NCBI GenBank assembly: GCA_963770895.1
Contig: CAVYRF010000001.1
Span: 2,080,001-2,144,000 of the forward strand
Direction: 5' to 3'
Origin: an uncultured Acidobacteriota bacterium
Lineage (GTDB): Bacteria > Acidobacteriota > Thermoanaerobaculia > Multivoradales > UBA5704
DNA length: 64,000 bases
Below the pieces are notes generated by a model, which was given only the letters and a program-made list of their open reading frames with translations, was not told the origin of the DNA and did no database searches. Within the stretch, counting starts at the first letter, position 1. Each line of letters begins with the position of its first letter. Position numbers and translations under genes: made by a program. Shown here piece by piece: positions 58,053-64,000 of this stretch.

Positions 58053-58570
58053 GTGCGCCGCCACCGTACCTCCTGGATTCGGACGTTTTCATCGCCGCCA
58101 AGAACGCCTACTATGCCTTCGACATCTGCCCGGGGTTTTGGGCAGGCCTCATTCGTGCCCACGCAGAAGGCCGCGCGCGGAGCCTGGACCGCATCCGCAA
58201 CGAGTTGCTCTCTGGGAGGGAAGAAGAGGACTTGGTGCAGTGGGTGAAAAACGACTTGCCTGCGGCCTTCTTCCATAGCTCCAATTCGGCGGAAATCAGC
58301 GCCGGCTACGCCGAGGTGATGCTGTGGGTCCAGCGGAACGCGCAGTATTTCGATCGAGCGAAGGCCAAATTCGCGACTGAGGCGGACGGTTGGCTCGTCG
58401 CCTACTCGATGGTGAACGCAACGGTGATTGTGACCAACGAACAGCCGCGACCGGAATCGAGGAATCGTGTCCTCCTCCCGGATGTCTGCGCGCAATTCGA
58501 GGTGACCTACAAGGACACCTTCGTCATGTTGCGGGAATTTGGGGTTCGGCTCGACTTGAAAGGCCCTTGA
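58049..58570 (+). CDS. DUF4411 family (PIN-like) protein
   Basis: YLLDSDVFIAAKNAYYAFDICPGFW, ADGWLVAY, VTNE, LPDVC. ATGA-coupled to the ImmA gene. Confidence 0.85.
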   Translation: MSAPPPYLLDSDVFIAAKNAYYAFDICPGFWAGLIRAHAEGRARSLDRIRNELLSGREEEDLVQWVKNDLPAAFFHSSNSAEISAGYAEVMLWVQRNAQYFDRAKAKFATEADGWLVAYSMVNATVIVTNEQPRPESRNRVLLPDVCAQFEVTYKDTFVMLREFGVRLDLKGP

Positions 58571-58573
58571 TTC

Positions 58574-61500
58574 GTGACGAACAGACATTACGAAGCGGCC
58601 TTCGAAACAGTGATCGAGGCGCATCTCCTCGCGCACGGCTACGTCCCCGTCAAAGCCGAAGGCTTCGACCGCGCACGCGCGATCTTCTCCGAGACCGTGC
58701 TCGCCTTCATCCGAGAGACACAGCCCAGCGAATGGGCCAAGCTTGAGGTTCTCCACGGCGAGGCGACAGGCGAGCAGGTTCTCGCCGACCTCTGCAAGTG
58801 GATGGACATGAACGGCTCGCTCGCCACGTTGCGCCACGGCTTCAAGTGCTACGGCCGGACGCTCCGCGTGGCCTACTTCAAGGCGGCCCATGAGCTGAAC
58901 CCTGAGCTCGAGGCCCGCTACGCGGCCAACCGGCTAGGGTTCACACGTCAGCTCCGTTTCTCGCCTCGTTCGGAGAAGTCGCTCGATGTGACCCTGAGCC
59001 TCAATGGCATTCCGGTGGCGACCATCGAGCTTAAGAACCCGCTCACCGGGCAGGCCGTGGATCATGCGCTGTACCAGTACCGGCATGACCGCGACCCGCA
59101 GGAGCCCATCTTCGAGTTTAAGAGGCGCACCCTGGTCCACTTCGCTGCCGATACCGAGAGCGTACGCATGACCACGCGGCTCGCCGGAAGCGCGACGCAC
59201 TTCCTGCCTTTCGACCAGGGCTGGGAAGGTGGCGCCGGGAACCCACCCGATCTGACCGGGCGCACCTACCGCACCGCCTACCTGTGGGAAGAAGTGCTGG
59301 CGCGCGACAGCCTGCTCGACATCCTCGGGCGCTTCCTGCATCTACAGAGCGACGAGAGACGTGACGAGCGGGGCCACAAGGTAAAGGTCGAGTCGATGGT
59401 GTTCCCGCGCTATCACCAGCTCGACGCGGTGCGGCGGCTGGTGGAGGCTGCGCGCGTCGAAGGCATAGGGCACAACTATCTTATAGAGCACTCCGCCGGC
59501 AGCGGCAAGAGCAACACTATCGGCTGGCTCGCGCACCGCCTGGCCTCCCTCCACGACGCAGGCAATGCGCGGGTGTTCGACAGCGTGATCGTGGTCACCG
59601 ACCGCGTCGTGCTCGATCAGCAGCTCCAGGACACGATCTACCAGTTCGAGCATAAGCGCGGCGTGGTGCAGCAGATCGACGAGCGCTCGCGGCAGCTCGC
59701 GGAGGCGCTTGAGAATGCGGTTCCGATCATCATCACGACGCTCCAGAAATTCCCTTTCGTCTCGCGTCAGTTGTTGAAGCTGGCCGACGAGCGCGGCGTG
59801 CAAGGCACGGGAATGCTGCCAACACGGCGTTGCGCCGTGATCATCGACGAGGCGCATAGCTCACAGGGCGGCGAGACGGTGACCGACCTGAAGGAAGTTC
59901 TGGGCGGCGAGAACCTGCTCGAGCAAGCGCGGCAACGTGCGGTCGAAGAAGGGCGCGCGGACTTCGAGGAGCTCTTCCGCAGCATGGCCAAGCGCGGCCG
60001 ACAGGCAAATTTGAGCTTCTTCGCCTTCACGGCCACGCCCAAGCACAAGACCTTCAAGGTTTTCGGGCGCGACGGCGAGCCGAGCCACCGGTATACCATG
60101 CGCCAGGCGATCGAAGAGGGCTTCATCCTCGACGTGCTGAAGAACTACACGACCTACGCCACCTACTACAAGCTGCTCAAGGCCTGCGAGGATGATCCCA
60201 ACGTCGAACGCAAGCAGGCGGCGCGGGCGTTGGCGCGCTTTCTGCGCCTGCATCCACACAACATCGCGCAGAAGACCGAGGTGATGGTCGAGCACTTCCA
60301 GGCGGTTACGCGGCACAAGATCGGCGGACGGGCCAAGGCGATGGTGGTCACCGGGTCGCGGCTGGAGGCGGTCCGCTACAAGCAGCGCTTCGACGACTAC
60401 ATCAAGAAGAAGGGCTATGCCATCAAGACTCTGGTGGCCTTCTCCGGGACGGTGCCGGACGACGAGCTCCCTGGCGTCGAGTACACGGAAGTGCAAATGA
60501 ACGGCGGCATCCGCGAGAAGGAGCTGCCCGAGAAGTTCGCCACGCAGGAGTACCAGGTCCTGCTGGTCGCGGAGAAGTACCAAACCGGCTTCGACCAGCC
60601 GCTGTTGCACACGATGTACGTGGACAAGCGTCTCGCCGGCATCCAGGCGGTGCAGACCCTGTCGCGGCTCAACCGCACGCATCCTTTCAAGGACGATACC
60701 TTCATCCTCGACTTCGTCAACGATCGAGAGGAGATCCGCGAGGCCTTCAAGATGTACTACGAAGGCGCCCAGATGGGCGAAGAGGTCGATCCGGCCCGAA
60801 TGTATGCAGTCAGGGGCGAGCTCGACGCCTCAGGCATTTTCCTCGACGAGGAAGTCGAGCGATTCAGCGCGGTGTACTTCAAGCCGAAGCAGCGCCAAAG
60901 CGCACAGGACCATCAATCCATGAACGCCGCACTCGATCCGGCCGTCTCACGGTTCACCGTGTTGCAGCGGGACGAAGAGGATGAGGCCGAGCTCTGGCGT
61001 GGCAAGGTCCAGGCGTTCCGCAACTTGTATGCCTTCCTTAGCCAGGTCATCCCGTATCAGGACTCCGATCTTGAACGGCTCTATGTCTTCCTGCGCTATC
61101 TCGCGGCAAAATTGCCCCGCCGCCGCGGAGGGCCCACCTACCAGTTCGATGACGAGGTGCAGCTCGAGTACTACCGCCTGCAGAAGATCAGCGAGGGCTC
61201 GATCTCGCTCCAGGAGGGCCAAGCCCGGTCCCTCGATGGTCCGAAAGAGGTCGGTTCGGGGCTTGTGCGAGCTGAGGAAGTTCCGCTGTCGCAGCTCGTC
61301 GACCTGCTCAACGAGCGCTTCGGCACCGATTTCAACCAGGCGGACCAGCTCTTCTTCGATCAGATCGTCGAGGCCGCGGTGACCGACGATGGACTGCGCC
61401 AAGCGGCTGCCGTGAACCCGATGGACAAGTTCGAGCTGGTGTTCAGAAATCTCCTCGAGCGCCTCTTCGTCGAGCGCATGGACCAGAATGAAGAAATCTT

Positions 61501-62122
61501 CGTCCGTTACATGAACGAAGCGCCCTTCCGGAACTTCGTCGGCCCGAGGATGGCGTCGCAGGTGTACCAGCGTCTGAGGTCGGATGAGAGTGGCTCGGCG
61601 ATCGACGCGACCGAGCGAGGCCTGCCATCGAACCTGCGGCGGGTCGAGGGCTCCGCGAAGGAGCGTTACGTCAGTTGCGTGCCATTCATTCCGCTCAAGG
61701 CAGCCGCGGGCGCCTTTAGCGATCCGCAGCACGTTGCGGATGACGGCTACGAGTGGGTCGCGGTCAGCTCACGCCACCGACTGCACCCAGGGATGTTCGT
61801 TGCACAGGTCGTGGGAAAGTCCATGGAGCCCATCATTCCTGACGGGTCCTGGTGCCTCTTTCGCGCACCGGTCGAAGGCTCTCGGCAGGGGAGGACCGTC
61901 CTCGTCCAACTGCACGACCTCACCGACCCAGAGACCGGCCAGCGGTACACGGTCAAGCAATACGAGAGCGAGAAGGCCGCAAAAGGCAATTCGTGGCGCC
62001 ACGAGAGGATCACGCTCAAGGCCATGAATCCCGACTTCAGTCCGATTGTGCTCAACCCTGAAGGTGAGGATGTGGTCGAAGTGGTAGCGGAGTTGGTCGA
62101 GGTTCTCGGTTCGGGCCTATAA
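58574..62122 (+). CDS. hsdR: Type I restriction endonuclease subunit R with C-terminal S24 (LexA-like) peptidase domain
   Basis: D..L.LNGIPV.TIELKN nuclease; [35 protein letters not shown]. Tail AAAG...[12 protein letters not shown]...YTVKQY...NPDFSPI. Confidence 0.92.
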   Translation: MTNRHYEAAFETVIEAHLLAHGYVPVKAEGFDRARAIFSETVLAFIRETQPSEWAKLEVLHGEATGEQVLADLCKWMDMNGSLATLRHGFKCYGRTLRVAYFKAAHELNPELEARYAANRLGFTRQLRFSPRSEKSLDVTLSLNGIPVATIELKNPLTGQAVDHALYQYRHDRDPQEPIFEFKRRTLVHFAADTESVRMTTRLAGSATHFLPFDQGWEGGAGNPPDLTGRTYRTAYLWEEVLARDSLLDILGRFLHLQSDERRDERGHKVKVESMVFPRYHQLDAVRRLVEAARVEGIGHNYLIEHSAGSGKSNTIGWLAHRLASLHDAGNARVFDSVIVVTDRVVLDQQLQDTIYQFEHKRGVVQQIDERSRQLAEALENAVPIIITTLQKFPFVSRQLLKLADERGVQGTGMLPTRRCAVIIDEAHSSQGGETVTDLKEVLGGENLLEQARQRAVEEGRADFEELFRSMAKRGRQANLSFFAFTATPKHKTFKVFGRDGEPSHRYTMRQAIEEGFILDVLKNYTTYATYYKLLKACEDDPNVERKQAARALARFLRLHPHNIAQKTEVMVEHFQAVTRHKIGGRAKAMVVTGSRLEAVRYKQRFDDYIKKKGYAIKTLVAFSGTVPDDELPGVEYTEVQMNGGIREKELPEKFATQEYQVLLVAEKYQTGFDQPLLHTMYVDKRLAGIQAVQTLSRLNRTHPFKDDTFILDFVNDREEIREAFKMYYEGAQMGEEVDPARMYAVRGELDASGIFLDEEVERFSAVYFKPKQRQSAQDHQSMNAALDPAVSRFTVLQRDEEDEAELWRGKVQAFRNLYAFLSQVIPYQDSDLERLYVFLRYLAAKLPRRRGGPTYQFDDEVQLEYYRLQKISEGSISLQEGQARSLDGPKEVGSGLVRAEEVPLSQLVDLLNERFGTDFNQADQLFFDQIVEAAVTDDGLRQAAAVNPMDKFELVFRNLLERLFVERMDQNEEIFVRYMNEAPFRNFVGPRMASQVYQRLRSDESGSAIDATERGLPSNLRRVEGSAKERYVSCVPFIPLKAAAGAFSDPQHVADDGYEWVAVSSRHRLHPGMFVAQVVGKSMEPIIPDGSWCLFRAPVEGSRQGRTVLVQLHDLTDPETGQRYTVKQYESEKAAKGNSWRHERITLKAMNPDFSPIVLNPEGEDVVEVVAELVEVLGSGL

Positions 62123-62225
62123 GGCGGCAGGAAAGGCCCTTGATCTCAGGGCTCACCAGGTCACCGCAGGGCTTGCTACCCGGTGCCATGGCCGGCCGCG
62201 GCCAGTTCGGCTCTCCGGTATCCGC

Positions 62226-64000
62226 TCAGCGGGCCGCCGCGAGGTCGCGCTCGAGCTGGTCCAGGAGGAGTTCCTCGGCGGCCAGGGCGAGCGCCGCGGC
62301 GGTGGTCCGTTCGAGGAGAGTTGCGAGTGACAGGCGGACGCCGAGCTCCTGCTCCAGGCGATGGCGGACACGGGGGAGGAGGAGCGAGCGGCCGCCCAGG
62401 GCGAAGAAGTCGTCCTGGCGGCCGACGCGCGGGACTCCCAGGAGGTCGCGCCAGACGTATGCCACCGCCTCCTCGGCCGGCGTCGCCGGCGCCTCGTAGC
62501 CGCCGGCCGCGGTCGCCTCGAGCTTGGGGACCGGAAGAGCGCGGCGGTCGAGCTTGCCGCTGGCGTTGCGCGGCAAGGCGGGAAGCAGGGCGAAGAGCGA
62601 CGGCACCATGGGCTCGGGGAGGCGCTCTTTCAAGAAGCCGCGAAGCTCGGCCGCGGTGGCGCCTTCCCCCGGCCGCGCCGCCCACCAGGCGACCAGCGCG
62701 CGCTCGCCGGCGCGCCGCTCGTCGACCCCCACGGCCGCCTCGGCGACCGCCGGGTGCTGCGCCAGCGCCCCCTCGATCTCCGCCAGCTCGATGCGGACGC
62801 CGCGCACCTTGACCTGGCGGTCGATGCGGCCGAGGTACTCGAGCGCGCCGTCCTCCCCTCCATCCAGACGATGGCGCGCCAGGTCGCCGGTGGTGTACAT
62901 CCGCGCGCCGGAGCGGCCGGCGAAGGGGTCGGGAAGGAAGGCGCGGGCGGTGAGGTCCGGGCGCCCGAGGTAGCCGCGGGCCAAGCTCTCGCCGCCGACC
63001 GAGAGCTCGCCGGGGATCCCCGGCGGGCAGAGCTCGCGCGCGCCGTCCAGGACGTAGGCGCGGGCGCCCGGCAGCGGCCGGCCGATGGGGAGCTCGCGGA
63101 GCGGGCGTGGCGGGGCGTCCGGCTCGCCATGGAGGGAGTGCGAGGTGGCGGCGACGGTGACCTCCGTCGGCCCGTAGGAGTTGATCACCCGCACCGCGGG
63201 GCCGAGCTGACGGCGGAGGCGTGCGACGCGTTCCGGGAGCGGCCGCTCGCCGCCGGTGACCAGGAGGCGGATGGATGACGGCCAGGCGGCCTCGCCGGCG
63301 TCGACCCGGTCGACCAGCTCCTGCCAGAAGACGGTGGGGAGGTCGCAGACGGTCACCCCCCAGCTCGCGCAGGCGCCCAGGAAGGCCGCCGCCCCGGCGA
63401 GCATCGCGTCGTTGCGGAGGATCAGCGCCGCGCCGCTCGCCAGGCAGGAGAAGATCTCCCCGGCGCTGGCGTCGAAGGAGAGGGAGGCGAACTGCAGCAT
63501 GCGATCGGAGGGGGTGAGCGCGAGGTCCCGCCGCGCCGCGAGGACGTAGCTCGCGAGCCCGCCGTGGCGGATCATCACCCCCTTGGGCGCGCCGGTCGAG
63601 CCCGAGGTGTAGATGACGTAGGCGAGGCCCTCGCGGCCGGCCCCTGGCGTCGGGTCGCTCGGTGGTCCGCTCGGCGGCTCGACCGCGAGGGCCGGCCAGA
63701 TCTCGTCGAGGTCGACGACGGGCAGGCCGGCGAGCTGGGCCGCCGCGCGCGCCGCCGCGCGCCCGCCGCCGGTCAAGAGCGCCGCGGTGACGGCGCCGCG
63801 CCCGGCGTCCTGACCGGTGTCCCGCCCGATGTCCCTGAGGATGACGGCCAGGCGCTCGACCGGGCTGGCCGGGTCGAGCGGCACGTAGGCTCCCCCCGCG
63901 GCGAGCACGGCGAGAACGGCGGCGATCCGGCGCGGCGAGTGCTCGAGGGCGATCGCCACCCGGCTCTCGGGGCCGATCCCCTGGGCGACGAGCCGGCGCG
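62226..64000 (-). CDS. Nonribosomal peptide synthetase, terminal adenylation + carrier (PCP) domains; 5' part outside the window
   Basis: YVIYTSGSTGAPKG, FDAS, NSYGPTE, GELSVGG, YTTGDL, QVKVRGVRIEL, NASGKLDR; PCP DDFFALGGRSL. No thioesterase. Confidence 0.92.
   Translation of the reverse strand, partial: RRLVAQGIGPESRVAIALEHSPRRIAAVLAVLAAGGAYVPLDPASPVERLAVILRDIGRDTGQDAGRGAVTAALLTGGGRAAARAAAQLAGLPVVDLDEIWPALAVEPPSGPPSDPTPGAGREGLAYVIYTSGSTGAPKGVMIRHGGLASYVLAARRDLALTPSDRMLQFASLSFDASAGEIFSCLASGAALILRNDAMLAGAAAFLGACASWGVTVCDLPTVFWQELVDRVDAGEAAWPSSIRLLVTGGERPLPERVARLRRQLGPAVRVINSYGPTEVTVAATSHSLHGEPDAPPRPLRELPIGRPLPGARAYVLDGARELCPPGIPGELSVGGESLARGYLGRPDLTARAFLPDPFAGRSGARMYTTGDLARHRLDGGEDGALEYLGRIDRQVKVRGVRIELAEIEGALAQHPAVAEAAVGVDERRAGERALVAWWAARPGEGATAAELRGFLKERLPEPMVPSLFALLPALPRNASGKLDRRALPVPKLEATAAGGYEAPATPAEEAVAYVWRDLLGVPRVGRQDDFFALGGRSLLLPRVRHRLEQELGVRLSLATLLERTTAAALALAAEELLLDQLERDLAAAR

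Overview
Very GC-rich bacterial DNA. Protein hallmarks (IPTL-CTERM tail, a recurring 'FFDxxNxEMxxKxLNAC' C-terminal domain, VPS10/BNR proteins) suggest Acidobacteriota, possibly Thermoanaerobaculia; this is inference. The window is accessory and conflict-rich. (1) 3.2-13.2 kb: coupled four-gene operon of a ClpB-like AAA+ ATPase, an orphan radical-SAM activase, a ~2080-aa Zn-ribbon/pseudokinase/DUF4011/SF1 helicase/Vsr-like nuclease, and a coiled-coil protein. (2) 17.7-35.4 kb: minus-strand operon of about 10 genes with a divergent Hsp70, GrpE-like protein, beta-propeller-like protein, vWA lipoprotein, tubulin/FtsZ-like GTPase with GYF_2-like domains and a membrane pseudokinase, divergent from a Zn-ribbon-PstS-OmpA fusion. 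This is the best candidate for an undescribed system. (3) A DUF1778/GNAT toxin-antitoxin locus split by ~9.2 kb between 84-bp direct repeats, with a 57-bp copy of a nearby gene at the junction. (4) A type I RM locus with an embedded ImmA/IrrE-DUF4411 pair and an HsdR fused to a LexA-like S24 peptidase. Also present: secreted proteins (S53 protease, aerolysin-APT/NPP1-like, Cys-rich peptides) and the 3' end of an NRPS. No rRNA, tRNA, CRISPR array, integrase or transposase was recognised. All domain calls are by visual motif recognition, without database searches.
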